This document shows, in pieces, positions 1-11,500 of a stretch of DNA of 64,000 nt. How positions within the stretch are numbered: position 1 is the first letter of the stretch; the number at the start of each line of letters is the position of its first letter. Source of the stretch: Candidatus Latescibacterota bacterium (GTDB lineage Bacteria; Latescibacterota; UBA2968); NCBI GenBank assembly GCA_965204745.1, contig OZ242010.1, positions 4,096,001 through 4,160,000 of the forward strand, in the 5' to 3' direction. The translations under genes and the position numbers were made by a program. The notes beneath the pieces are model-generated. The model had not been told where the DNA came from. It searched no databases and saw only the letters and a list, made by a program, of their open reading frames with translations.

Positions 1-1158
1 GGGTGACAGGCCGAGCAAGTCCGCGATACAACCCACGCACGCCGGGCCACTGAGACGCCCGGCATCGCCGATGAGGCGCCACATGCCCAAAAACGCGCTG
101 AGACCGTCCCGCGGTGCGAGGTCCGCGCCCAAGGTCATCATCGCGCCCGAACTGAGGCCATTGCCAAATCCGATCACACATGCCGCGAGCAACAGGGCCA
201 CAAACCCGCCGGTCGCGCCGGTGATGAGGCCAAAGGGCAACAGGGGCGCGACGTCCAAGTACGGGGCAAAAATTTGCGTGGCGGGAATGAGTGCCATGCC
301 AATGGCTTGCAGCGCGAAACTCGGCACATTGGCGAATTTGCGGCCCAAGCGATCCATAATCACGCCTGCGGGATAGAACATCGCCATGTCGATTGCGCCC
401 GAGATGCTGAGGATGAGGCCGATTTGTTCATACCCCAAGCCGAGCACCTCCGCGCCGTACAGGGGGATGATGAAATAGCGACCGCTGCGAATGGTTTGGG
501 CAAACAGTTGTCCAGTGCCCGCGGTGATCAGGTTTTTGCTGTGGGCGCGAAAGATGCCGAAAATGTGGCGCACATGCCCGTGTTGCGGCGGGGAAATGCG
601 TTTGGCAGAGGATTCGACTGCAATCGCAGCCACCACCGCGGCCATGAAAGTGATGACGCCGAACGCGAGGAACGGGCCTTTGACAGACGTGACCGCCGCG
701 ATATACCCCCCAATGCCCGGCCCTGCAAACGTGCCGATGCGGCTGATCCCCCCAAACACAGCCAGGGCGCGGCCCCTTTGGTGCGTGGCCGTGATGTCGG
801 TCAAATACGCATACCGCGAAATGTCCCAAAGCGCGCCGCCGAGTCCCCCCACAAAGCGCAGGATGAAGACCACGAGAACAGATGGCGCGACAAAGAGCCC
901 CGCGCCGCAAAGCGCGACCGTGAGCACGCCCAACAACATCGTTGCTTTTCGCCCAATTCGGTTGACCACGACCGCCGCGGGCAAATCCCCAATGAGATGC
1001 CCAAACCCATCTGCCGCGAGCACGAGCCCAATGAGGACGTAGGAAATGTCAAACGATTTGGCATACAATGGCAAAATCGGCATGAGCAACCCACTGCCCA
1101 ATCGGATCAGGAAGGTGGGAACAAAGACGGGAAGAATGAGGGGATTGCGGAGGATCAT
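1..1158 (-). CDS. MFS transporter (runs off the window start; not in the ORF track)
   Basis: My translation from ATG 1158 reads MILRNPLILPVFVPTFLIRLGSGLLMPILPLYAK...VVNRIGRK...QRGRALAVFGGISRIGTFAGP, with many TM segments and an MFS motif A-like loop. Confidence 0.85.
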   Translation of the reverse strand, partial: MILRNPLILPVFVPTFLIRLGSGLLMPILPLYAKSFDISYVLIGLVLAADGFGHLIGDLPAAVVVNRIGRKATMLLGVLTVALCGAGLFVAPSVLVVFILRFVGGLGGALWDISRYAYLTDITATHQRGRALAVFGGISRIGTFAGPGIGGYIAAVTSVKGPFLAFGVITFMAAVVAAIAVESSAKRISPPQHGHVRHIFGIFRAHSKNLITAGTGQLFAQTIRSGRYFIIPLYGAEVLGLGYEQIGLILSISGAIDMAMFYPAGVIMDRLGRKFANVPSFALQAIGMALIPATQIFAPYLDVAPLLPFGLITGATGGFVALLLAACVIGFGNGLSSGAMMTLGADLAPRDGLSAFLGMWRLIGDAGRLSGPACVGCIADLLGLSP

Positions 1159-1315
1159 AAGGCGGGAGTGAAAGCGACCACTGGCATGTCCCTGCGTGGT
1201 GTAAGCAGGGAGAAAAAAAATAAAAGGCGAGCAGGTAGCGGCGGGCCACTGTGCCCAAAGCACTAACATTACACGAGCGGCGCGGTATTGTCAAGATTGC
1301 AACTTGAGCTATCAG

Positions 1316-1493
1316 CCCTCACCTCTCCCGTCTCACCTCTCACCGAAGGGCGGTTGGGCGGGGCGGACTGACCACTGATCTCTTAATCGGGATAGCGCAG
1401 TTGCCTTCTCCCGTCTTGCCTCTCCCCTCTTGCGTCTTGCCTCTCACCTCTCCCGTCTCCCCTCTTACCGAAGGGCGGTTGGGTGGGGCGGAC
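1316..1493. repeat. Tandem duplicated intergenic unit built from CCTCTCA/CGTCTCA/TCTTGCC heptamers
   Basis: The unit ctctcacctctcccgtctc..accgaagggcggttgggYggggcggac..ctcttaatcgggatagcgcagttgcc occurs twice; the second copy is split by the MITE at 1494-1928. Confidence 0.75.
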
Positions 1494-1928
1494 TAGGTTG
1501 TGTTGACATTTCATTTTTTTCACGTTACGCACAGATTAGCAAGATTAGCAAATGTGTTGCTTGCTCATTTAAGGCGTTTGGTCCTTTGATGGCTTAGGTT
1601 GCTCTGATGGCGTTGCGCGAGGGGACCTATCCCCCGGCCCCTTTCCTACGAGGAAAGGGGAGTAAAGTCCTTTTGATGGCTTATATCTCTAGTTGCTCTG
1701 ATGGCATTGCACGAGGACATAAAGCGATTAAAAACCCCTCATCAATCCCCTCGCAAAACCGCTCACAGTTCCCCCCTTCCTCGCAGGAAGGGGGGCTAGG
1801 GGGGTAGGTCCCGATAAGGAGCGACTGTTCTAGTTTCTCAAACCGAGAGCATATTCTGCGATAGGGCTTGATCTTCTCGATAAGCCGCCTCATTCCGTTG
1901 CATGGCTCGCAAATGTCAACACAACCTA
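1494..1928. mobile_element. IS5-family-derived MITE with an internal REP doublet and a transposase remnant
   Basis: Perfect 18-bp inverted ends TAGGTTGTGTTGACATTT (1494-1511) and AAATGTCAACACAACCTA (1911-1928), including a probable TA target duplication. The minus-strand RRLIEKIKPYRRICSRFEKL resembles the IS5 (IS427/IS1031-like) transposase C-terminal motif. Confidence 0.75.
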
Positions 1929-2026
1929 CTGACTACTGACCACTGACCTCTTAATCGGGATAGCGCAGTTGCCTCTTGCCTCTTGCCTCTTGCCTCTCAC
2001 CTCTCACTTTCTCACGGAGGAACACA

Positions 2027-2869
2027 ATGCGCGATTTGTTGCCGAGAACCAATGCCGATGGGGTGCCCGTGGTGCCCATGACCGAGGAACAGAAGTATCT
2101 CTTCGATTTGAAAGGGTGGATTTGTCTGCCCGGCTTGCTTTCGGATGACCAAGTGGCGACCATCCGCGAGCATCAGATGAAGTTTCGGTTTGAACCCGAA
2201 TCCCTGCCGGTTGAAGAACGCAATTCCATGGGCGGCCCGTCGCAAATTTTGCTGGATCACCCGGTCATTGTGGGCGTCCTCAACGAAACCGTGTCGCACC
2301 AGAGCATCGCGTCTGAAACCTGCTACGGCTTTCGGTTTGAGCGCACCCGAACCGATTACCGCAAGGCCGGGCACGACAATTTCAGGCCGCACGGCGGGGG
2401 CGGGTATTTCAATTTTTGCGGCAACTCCCACCTGTACCAGATGTTGCCGGGCAAGGTGCATTCCGGCTTGACGCGCGTGGTGTGGGAAATCAACGAAGTC
2501 GGCCCAGGCGACGGGGGCACGATGTTGCTCTCCGGCAGCCACAAAGCCGCGTTCCCCCGGCCCGAGGCCCTGAGTGGTCGAGAGAGCGAAGTGTGGGATA
2601 CCTATACCTGCCCGCCCGGCTCCGCGCTGATTTTCACCGAGGCCCTGTGCCATACGGGCACGCGCTGGACCAATAAAAAACGCCCGCGCTTGAGCCTGTT
2701 CAACCTGTACAACACCGTGAACAGCAAGTGGGGCATGTGTTCTGTGCCGCGCGAAGTCATTGCCGCCATGCCCCCCCTGCGCCAAACCCTGTTTCGCGGC
2801 GCGTGGGTCGGCGCGGGCGACAAGATGCCCCGGAATATGTATTACGACGATGAGAATTACGCGATATAG
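2027..2869 (+). CDS. Phytanoyl-CoA dioxygenase (PhyH)-family protein
   Basis: GGAGG RBS before ATG 2027; QKYLFDLKGWICLPGLLS, GGTMLLSGSHK and PPGSALIFTEALCH motifs. Confidence 0.8.
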   Translation: MRDLLPRTNADGVPVVPMTEEQKYLFDLKGWICLPGLLSDDQVATIREHQMKFRFEPESLPVEERNSMGGPSQILLDHPVIVGVLNETVSHQSIASETCYGFRFERTRTDYRKAGHDNFRPHGGGGYFNFCGNSHLYQMLPGKVHSGLTRVVWEINEVGPGDGGTMLLSGSHKAAFPRPEALSGRESEVWDTYTCPPGSALIFTEALCHTGTRWTNKKRPRLSLFNLYNTVNSKWGMCSVPREVIAAMPPLRQTLFRGAWVGAGDKMPRNMYYDDENYAI

Positions 2870-2893
2870 GCAAAGCACGACGAAAGGCAAAAT

Positions 2894-3907
2894 GTGACAC
2901 ACACACCACGAGAACCCCCCCACGAAGCCGAAGCCAGCGCTCGGTTGCGCGATGGGCGAACGCGCATGGTCGCGGAAATTCGCAAGGTGATCGTCGGGCA
3001 AGAGGACGTCATCGAATCCCTGCTGATCGCGTTGTTCAGCGGGGGGCATTGTCTGTTGACGGGCGCGCCTGGGTTGGCGAAAACCCTGTTGGTGCGTACC
3101 ATTGCAAAAATTTTGGACTTGGATTTTAAGCGCGTTCAATTCACGCCGGATTTGATGCCGTCTGACATGACGGGCACGGAGATTATCGACGAAGACCGGG
3201 GCCGCGGGCATCGCGCATTGCGCTTTGTTGCAGGGCCTGTTTTTACGCAGATCTTGCTCGCCGATGAAATCAATCGCACCCCGCCCAAAACCCAGGCCGC
3301 GTTGTTGGAGGCGATGGAGGAAAAACAGGTCACTATCGGCGGCAAACCGCATCCACTGCAACAGCCGTTTTACGTGCTGGCAACGCAGAACCCCATTGAA
3401 CTAGAAGGCACGTACCCCCTGCCCGAAGCGCAACTCGACAGGTTTATGATGAACATTCGAATCGACTATTTGAACGAAGACGAGGAATTGGCCGTGGTGA
3501 CGCGCGAGACGGAACTCGAAGCGGTCGCGCCGGTGTTCACGGGTGCGGACATGCTCAATTTTGCCAAGTTGGTGAGCATCGTGCCCGTGGCCGATCCCGT
3601 GGCGCGTTATGCGGTGCAACTGGTGCAGGCCAGCCGCCCGCACGATGGTGCGCTGGAGTTTGTGCGGTCATGGGTCGGCTGGGGCGCGGGCACACGCGGC
3701 ACGCAAAGCCTGTTGCTCGGCGCCAAGGCGCGGGCACTCCTGCGCGGGCGATACCACGTTTCATTTGGCGATATTCGCGCCGTGGCCGCAGATGTGTTGC
3801 GCCACCGCATTTTGACGAATTTCAGAGCCGAAGCGGACCGCATCACCGCCGAAGACATCATCGACCGCCTGCTGACCACTATCGAACCGCCAAAAGCGGA
3901 TTTGTGA
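2894..3907 (+). CDS. moxR: MoxR-family AAA+ ATPase
   Basis: GAPGLAKT Walker A; RVQFTPDLMPSD, LADEINRTPPKTQAALLEAM and ATQNPIELEGTYPLPEAQLDRF. Confidence 0.95.
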   Translation: MTHTPREPPHEAEASARLRDGRTRMVAEIRKVIVGQEDVIESLLIALFSGGHCLLTGAPGLAKTLLVRTIAKILDLDFKRVQFTPDLMPSDMTGTEIIDEDRGRGHRALRFVAGPVFTQILLADEINRTPPKTQAALLEAMEEKQVTIGGKPHPLQQPFYVLATQNPIELEGTYPLPEAQLDRFMMNIRIDYLNEDEELAVVTRETELEAVAPVFTGADMLNFAKLVSIVPVADPVARYAVQLVQASRPHDGALEFVRSWVGWGAGTRGTQSLLLGAKARALLRGRYHVSFGDIRAVAADVLRHRILTNFRAEADRITAEDIIDRLLTTIEPPKADL

Positions 3908-3922
3908 GATGGGAGACGCGAG

Positions 3923-4693
3923 ATGGGAGACGCGAGACGCGAATGGGCCATTGAACTGCGCGATGTGCATAAGGTTTTCGCGATCGACAACGGGCGGGTG
4001 GAGGCGCTTTCGCGCATTTCCCTGCGGATTCAGCAGGGCGAATTTGTCAGCATGATCGGGCCGTCCGGATGCGGCAAAACGAGTTTGATGCGGATTGTGG
4101 GCGATCTGGAAACCCCGACTGCGGGCGCGATTCGCGTGTTGGGCAAAACGCCGGAAGATGCGCGCCGAGAGCGGTTGATAGGCTTTGTGTTTCAAAACCC
4201 CTCGCTGCTCGCATGGCGCACGGTACGAGAAAATGTGCGCTTGCCCGCAGAGGTTTTTGGAGATGCTGAGGTCGCCGGGCGAGTGCCCGAGATGATCGAC
4301 ATCGTGGGATTGGCGGGATTTGAACAGGCGTATCCGCGCGAACTTTCCGGCGGCATGCAGTCGCGGGTCGCGATTGCCCGCGTGTTGACCTTCCGCCCCG
4401 CGGTCTTGCTGATGGACGAGCCGTTTGGGGCATTGGATGAAATCACGCGGGAGAAGATGCAGATCGAACTGTTGCGAATCTATCAGGCGACCGGCGCGGC
4501 GATTTTGTTCATCACGCACAGCATTTCCGAGGCATTGCTCTTATCTGACCGCGTCTTGGTGATGTCTGCCCGCCCGGGCCGCATCGTGGATGATCTGACG
4601 GTCGGTTTTCCCCGTCCCCGCAAAAATGCCCTGCGCGCTGATCCGCGATTCATAGCCATGGAAACCCGCCTGCGCGCACAACTAGAAGGCTGA
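3923..4693 (+). CDS. ABC transporter ATP-binding protein (nitrate/sulfonate/taurine type)
   Basis: GPSGCGKT, LSGGMQSR, LLMDEPFGALD and FITHSISEA. Confidence 0.92.
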   Translation: MGDARREWAIELRDVHKVFAIDNGRVEALSRISLRIQQGEFVSMIGPSGCGKTSLMRIVGDLETPTAGAIRVLGKTPEDARRERLIGFVFQNPSLLAWRTVRENVRLPAEVFGDAEVAGRVPEMIDIVGLAGFEQAYPRELSGGMQSRVAIARVLTFRPAVLLMDEPFGALDEITREKMQIELLRIYQATGAAILFITHSISEALLLSDRVLVMSARPGRIVDDLTVGFPRPRKNALRADPRFIAMETRLRAQLEG

Positions 4694-4699
4694 TCCGCT

Positions 4700-5339
4700 C
4701 TTGAGTCATTTCTCCCATCTCGCGTCTCACTTGTGGAAGGGCGGTGCGGGGACTGACAACTGACAATGCGAATTAAGAGTAGAAAGCGAGTAAGAAGCAA
4801 GCCGCAACCCATCATCCAAAGACCTGAACGAGGTTCTGTTGACATTTTGTTTTTGAGCGATGAGCGTGACCGCAAAATAGAGAAAGCCTCGATCCTCACC
4901 TCGCCACCCTGCTGCCCGTGCGTGCCCATCCGCTCCGCCCTGCTACCCGTGCGGCCTCACCTCGCCACCCAACCGTGTCTGAATCGCGGATTAAACGGAT
5001 TAGGGGATTGCGCGGATTACCCCACACCGCCCTACCGCCATAGCCCTATCCCCCCGGCCCCCTTTCCTACGAGGAAAGGGGGAGCGCATGGCTTTCTTAA
5101 AGGTTTGCATCCAGGGCTGTTTTGATGGCTTTGGGCGAATGGATCACGCCATGAAAATCCAAAAACCCTTACACAATCCCTCGCACAACCTCTCGCCATT
5201 CCCCCTTCCTCTTAGGAAGAGGGCCAGGGGGTAGGTCCCCCTCGCAAAACCGCTCACAGTTCCCCCTTCCTCGTAGGCACAGGCGTAGCCTACAACGAAG
5301 CGTAGCGAGTAACGGGGCTAGGGGGTAGGTCCCAATTCC
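4700..5339. repeat. Composite repeat cluster: IS5-like end, AATCCGCG repeat and REP hairpins (CCCCTTTCCT-nnn-AGGAAAGGGG)
   Basis: AGGTTCTGTTGACATTT at about 4831. 4900-5240 is an inverted copy of blocks in 18330-18850, and 5047-5339 is an inverted copy of 36828-37125. Confidence 0.85.
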
Positions 5340-5385
5340 AAAAAGTAAAGCCCGAGTTCCCTGTGAACCCGGGCTTTACTTTTTT
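5340..5385. terminator. Intrinsic, probably bidirectional terminator of giant gene A
   Basis: AAAAGTAAAGCCCG...CGGGCTTTACTTTT hairpin with A/T tails on both sides. Confidence 0.8.
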
Positions 5386-5397
5386 GTTTTTCGTCGT

Positions 5398-5589
5398 TCA
5401 GCCTGTCGAGCCAAAGCCGGCGGCGGAGATGAGGAAAAGGGATTCGATCTCTTGCTTTCGCATATAGGCCAGTGCATTCACACTCGCATCGCCAAAGGAC
5501 GGTGCCACGTTCGCGCTGATGGTGAGGAAGAAACTCAGGGTGTTCTCATCGCCATCTTCATCTGTGGCGGTCAGGGAACAGGCTTTCAT
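5398..5589 (-). pseudogene. Vestigial C-terminal fragment (Ig-like piece plus dockerin-like tail) behind gene A
   Basis: SLTATDEDGDENTLSFFLTISANVAPSF...FLISAAGFGSTG*; overlaps the gene A stop by ATGA and is homologous to 36672-36773. Confidence 0.55.
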
Positions 5590-8500
5590 TGGAAGTGGGA
5601 GTCGGGATAGAGGCTTCGGATGTAGGGTTCAATGGCTTGAGCGGTCGTGCGCGTAGCAGTTGGCTCGATGACGTTCCCTCTGACGAGGGCCTCGTTCCGG
5701 AAGAAGAGGACGTATCGAATGATCAGGATTATATCCGAGAACAGCCTCACATCGCCATCGCCATCCACATCGAGAATGTTCTGATTGACCAACGTGTCGA
5801 GGTAGGGTTCAATTTCTTGAGCGGTCTTGCGCGTGGCAGTTGGCTCGATGACGTTCCCTCTGAGGAGGGCCTCGTTCCGGAAGAAGAGGACGTATCGAAT
5901 GACCAGGATTATATCCGAGAACAATCTCACCCGGCCATCGCCATCCACATCCAAGTTGGCACTCGGTATCGCGGATTGGAGTTGAAATTGCACGGTGGTG
6001 TCCATGCCGGCATACTTCAAGACCGGGTACTGATTCGTCGCGCCAAAGGTCCACGGATCATCGCCGCCGGGTTGTCCGTCAAGGTTGGCATTCCAAGTGG
6101 AGAAGATGAGGGTGTAGCCGGTGGGGGATTGGAGCGCGCTGGTCGTCTGGCCGGTAACGCCGCCACCGCCGGCGCTGGTTGTGCAACCGTTGCTGCCGCC
6201 GGATGTACAGCCGCTGGTTTGGGTGTCCCAGTAGCTTGCGGTGCCGCCCGTGCCGGAGCCTATCAACCCGCCGATGGTTGTTAGCGTTCCGCTGGAGCGA
6301 GTAACCACGCCGGTGGAGTAGGAGTTCGTTACGGAGCCGCCTTGGCTTGCTCCGAGCAGTCCGCCGACGTGCTCAGGGCCGCTGACGGATGCGGTGGAGT
6401 AGCTTGAGGTAATCGCGTTGGGCGTCCATCCGACCAACCCGCCGGCGACCCTAGTCGTCGCCGAAACGTTGCCGGTGGAGTAGCAGGCGACGACTGTGCC
6501 GCGCAGGGCGCCGACCAGAGCGGCGGCATATTGGCCTCCCGCAACACTGGCGTTGGTTACGCCGACGGACTCGATGCGGGAGGCGGTGTCGGCGTTGCCG
6601 AATAATCCCACTTCAGTGAGGGAGGGTCGGTTGATGGTCAGGTTGTCGATAGTGTAGCCGTTGCCCTTGAAATCGCCGGTGTATCTGGCGGCGTCTGTGC
6701 CGATGGGTAGCCAGCCGTCGCCGTTGTTCCAGTAGGTGGCGTCTGCTTGGGTGATTTGGTCGTCGCCATTCTCGTCAAAGTCGAGGTTGTTGAGCAGTTC
6801 GTAGCCGGTGCAGGTTCCGGAAGGGCAACCCATCCGGCCATTGCTGGTGATGTCGCGGTCGGGAAAGGCGGCGTTGTAGGTCATGGTATCATTATCGGCG
6901 ACGACCCCATCGCCGTTGAGATCCCAGCGGATGGCATGTAGTTGCGCCAGCGTCTCAATGTCGATGAGGCCATCGCCATCGCTGTCGTAATTGATCGCGT
7001 AGGGCGTGCCCATGACCTCGTCCGAGGGCGTGCTATCGGTCCCACCTGCCAGGGTGGCAAGGACGCGCACTGTGTAGGGTGTGCCTATCGTCAGGTTCTC
7101 TATCGTGTAGGTCGTGGTGCTCCCTCCAGAGACCGTCTCCTGGCGGGAAGAAGTGTTGTAGCTTTGTCCACCGGACTTCCACTGCACCTTGTATCCCGTC
7201 GCGCCGGTTGCCTCGGTCCAAGCCACAACGAGTTGGACCGGCCCCGGCGTCACGCGCACATTGGTGGGCCTGGTTGTCGCCAAGGTCACCATGACTTCCT
7301 CCGAAGGAGCACTGTCGGCTACATTGGTACGCGTGGCGATGACGCGAATCGCGTAGGTCGTCTCTGCGGTCAGCCCAGAAATTTTGTAGGTCGTGGTGCT
7401 CCCGCCAGCGATGGTGGCTTGCCCGTGCGTGGCGGACTCCTCATCGGCGGCGGGATAAGTCTCTGACCCGGATTTCCACTGCACCTTATACCCGGTTGCG
7501 TTGGACACCGCATTCCAAGTCACGGTCAGCGTGTCCACCTTCGCCGCCACCATCACAGTCGGACTGCCCAGCAGGGGAACGCCGGTCACTTCCTCCGAGG
7601 GGGCACTGTCGGCTACATTGGTACGCGTGGCGATGACGCGAATCGTGTAGGTCGTCCCTGCGGTCAGCCCAGAAATTTTGTGGATCGTGGTGCTCCCGCC
7701 AGAGATAGTGGCTTGCCCGTGCGTGGCGGACTCCTCATCGGCGGCGGGATAAGTCTCTGACCCGGATTTCCACTGCACCTTATACCCTGTTGCGTTGGTC
7801 ACCGCATTCCAAGTCACGGTCAGCGTGTCCGCCTTCGCCGCCACCATCACAGTCGGACTGCCCAGCACGGAAACGCCGGTCTGCTCTGCCGACGGCCGAC
7901 CATCGGGCGCACCGGTCTTGGTGGCAATGACGCGCACTGTGTAGGTCGTCCCGGCGAGCAAGTTGGCGATCTTGTAGCGCGTCCCCGTGACGGTCTCCTC
8001 ACGCGAGGCGTCGTAGCTCTGCGCGCCCGATTTCCACTGTACCTTGTACCCCGTCGCATAACTCGCCGCGCGCCAACGCACATCCAAGGTGTCCCTTTGC
8101 ACCGTCACGGTCACACTTGTCGGAATGCCCGGCGGTTGCAAGTTATACTGCACGGTGGTATCCATGCCGGCATATTTCAACACGGGATACTGATCCGCCG
8201 CGCCAAAGGTCCACGGGTCGTCATTGCCAGGCCTGCCATCGACATCCACATTCCAATTGGCGTAGATGTCGTTGTAATCCGTTTCTGACCGCAACGCGCT
8301 GGTGGTCTTGCCCGTGCCGCCAGCACTAGTTGAGAGACTGCTACTTTCCGTATCCCAATAGCTATCGGGGCCTGTGCCAGAACCGGTAGCGAACAGACCG
8401 CCTGTCAGGTCGTTCGAATCCCCAGTCGCCGTCCCCGTGGCGTAGCTTGCCGTAATCGTACCGGCATTCTGACCCACGAGACCGCCAGCCGCTGATCTGG

Positions 8501-11500
8501 TGTTGCTCCCCCCTTGTCCCGCCACCGGCCCGGTAGCATAGGACGCTGTCACTGAAGCACCGCTACCCAGGAGACCGACCAACCCGCCGACTTCATAGAG
8601 GACGCTACTCTCCCAACTTGGCCACTTTTGTGCGGTGGCATGGGAATAGCAAGCCGCGATGTGACCGGCCAGTGCCCGGCCGACCAAACCGCCTACGCCG
8701 TAACGGGCACCCTCAACAAAACCGGTGACATAACAACCCGTTATGCGCCCGCCGTTCTGAGTACCAACTAACCCACCAACGACGTCTGTCGCGTGTACAT
8801 TGACATTGAGCAATCCAACCCCAGAAATATCGCCACTCACGGTTGAAAACAGCCCAACATTGTTCCTTTGGCTTGGCCATCGGTAGGATATATACAGATT
8901 GGAGATGGTCTTGTTATTACCTTTGAACGTACCGGTGTAAGTCCCGATGGGTATCCAGCCGGCACCACTGTTCCAGTAGGTGGCGTCTGCTTGGGTGATT
9001 GCGCCGTCGCCATTCTCGTCAAAGTCCAAGTTGTTGAGCAGTTCGTAGCCTGTGCAGGTTCCGGAAGGGCAACCCATCCGGCCATTGCTGGTGGTATCGC
9101 GGTTGGGAAAGGCGGCGTTGTAGTTCATGGTATCATTATCGGCGACGACCCCATCGCCGTTGAGATCCCAGCGGATGGCATGCAGTTGTGCCAGCGTCTT
9201 AATGTCGATGAGGCCATCGCCATCGCTGTCGTAATTGATCGTTTGGGGCATGCCCATGACCTCGTCCGAGGGCGTGCTATCGGTCCCACCTGCCAGGGTA
9301 GCAAGGACGCGCACCGTGTAGGTCGTGCCAAAAGTCAGGTTCTCTATCGTGTAGGTCGTGGTGCTGCCTCCAGAGACCGTCGCCTGGCGATCAGATGTGT
9401 TGTAGGTCTGTTGTCCGGATCTCCACTGCACCTTGTATCCCGTCGCACCGGTTGCCTCGGTCCAAGCCACAATGAGTTGGACCGGCCCCGGCGTCACGCG
9501 CACATTGGTGGGCCTGGTGGTCGCCAAGGTCACCATGACTTCCTCCGAAGGGGCACTGTCGGCTACATTGGTACGCGTGGCGATGACGCGAATCGTGTAG
9601 GTCGTCCCTGTGGTCAGCCCAGAAATTTTGTAGGTCGTGGTGCCCCCGCCAGCGATGGTAGCTTGCCCGCGCGTGACCAACGCCAGATCGGAGGTGGGAT
9701 AAGTCTCTGACCCGGATTTCCACTGCACCTTATACCCAGTTGCATCGTCCACCACATTCCAAGTCACGGTCAGCGTGTCCACCTTCGCCGCCACCATCAC
9801 AGTCGGAATGCCCAGCACGGGAACGCCGGTCACTTCCTCCGAGGGGGTACTGTCGGCTACATTGGTACGCGTGGCGATGACGCGAATCGCGTAGGTCGTC
9901 CCTGCGGTCAGCCCAGAAATATCGTAGGTCGTGGTGCCTCCGTCAGAGATTGTGGCTTGCCCGTGCGTGGCGGACTGCTCATCGGCGGCGGGATAAGTCT
10001 CTGACCCGGATTTCCACTGCACCTTATACCCGGTCGCCCCGTTCACCGCATTCCAAGTCACGGTCAGCGTGTCCACCTTCGCCGCCACCATCACAGTCGG
10101 AATGCCCAGCACGGGAACGCCGGTCTGCTCTGCCGAGGGCATGCCATCGCGGACACCGGTCTTGGTGGCAATGACGCGCACTGTGTAGGTCGTCCCGGTG
10201 AGCAAGTTGGCGATCTTGTAGCGCGTCCCCGTGACGGTCTCCTCACGCGAGGCATCGTAGTTCTGCGCGCCGGATTTCCACTGTACTTTGTACCCCGTCG
10301 CATTACTCGCCGCAGTCCAACGCACGTCCAAGGTGTCCGCTTTGGGCGTCACGGTCACACTTGTCGGAATGCCCGGCGGTTGCATTGCAAATTGTGCGGT
10401 GGTGTCCATGCCGGCATATTTCAACACGGGATACTGATCCGCCGCGCCAAAGGTCCACGGGTTGTCATTGCCAGGCCTGCCATCGACATCCACATTCCAA
10501 TTGGTGTAGATGCCGTTGTAATCCGTTTCTGACCGCAACGCGCTGGTGGTCTTGCCCGTGCCGCCAGCACTAGTTGAGAGACTGCTACTTTCCGTATCCC
10601 AATAGCTATCGGGGCCTGTGCCAGAACCGGTAGCGAACAGACCGCCTGTCAGGTCGTTCGAATCCCCAGTCGCCGTCCCCGTGGCGTAGCTTGCCGTAAT
10701 CGTACCGGCATTCTGACCCACGAGACCGCCAGCCGCTGATCTGGTGTTGCTCCCCCCTTGTCCCGCCACCGGCCCGGTAGCATAGGACGCTGTCACTGAA
10801 GCACCGCTACCCAGGAGACCGACCAACCCGCCGACTTCATAGAGGACGCTACTCTCCCAACTTGGCCACTTTTGTGCGGTGGCATGGGAATAGCAAGCCG
10901 CGATGTGACCGGCTAGTGACCGGCCGACCAAACCGCCTACGCCGTAACGGGCACCCTCAACAAAACCGGTGACATAACAACCCGTTATGCGCCCGCCGTT
11001 CTGAGCGCCAACTAACCCACCAACGACGTCTGTCGCGTGTACATTGACATTGAGCAATCCAACCCCAGAAATATCGCCACTCACGGTTGAAAACAGCCCA
11101 ACATTGTTCCTTTGGCTTGGATATCGGTAGGATATATACAGATTGGAGATGGTCTTGTTATTACCTTTGAACGTACCGGTGTAAGTCCCGATGGGTATCC
11201 AGCCGGCACCCCTGTTCCAGTAGGTGGCGTCTGCTTGGGTGATTTGGTCGTCGCCATTCTCGTCAAAGTCCAAGTTGTTGAGCAGTTCGTAGCCTGTGCA
11301 GGTCCCGGAAGGACAACCCATCCGGCCATTGCTGGTGGTGTCGCGGTTGGGAAAGGCGGCGTTGTAGTTCATGGTATCATTATCGGCGACGACCCCATCG
11401 CCATTGAGATCCCAGCGGATGGCATGCAGTTGTGCCAGCGTCTTAATGTCGATGAGGCCATCGCCATCCCTGTCGTAATTGATCCTTTGGGGCATGCCCA

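Noticed and set aside
274-1266. Long ORF-track entries such as 274-1266 (+), 2012-3361 (-), 19005-20486 (+) and 58375-59958 (-)
   Set aside because: These are antisense shadows of well-supported genes in high-GC DNA.
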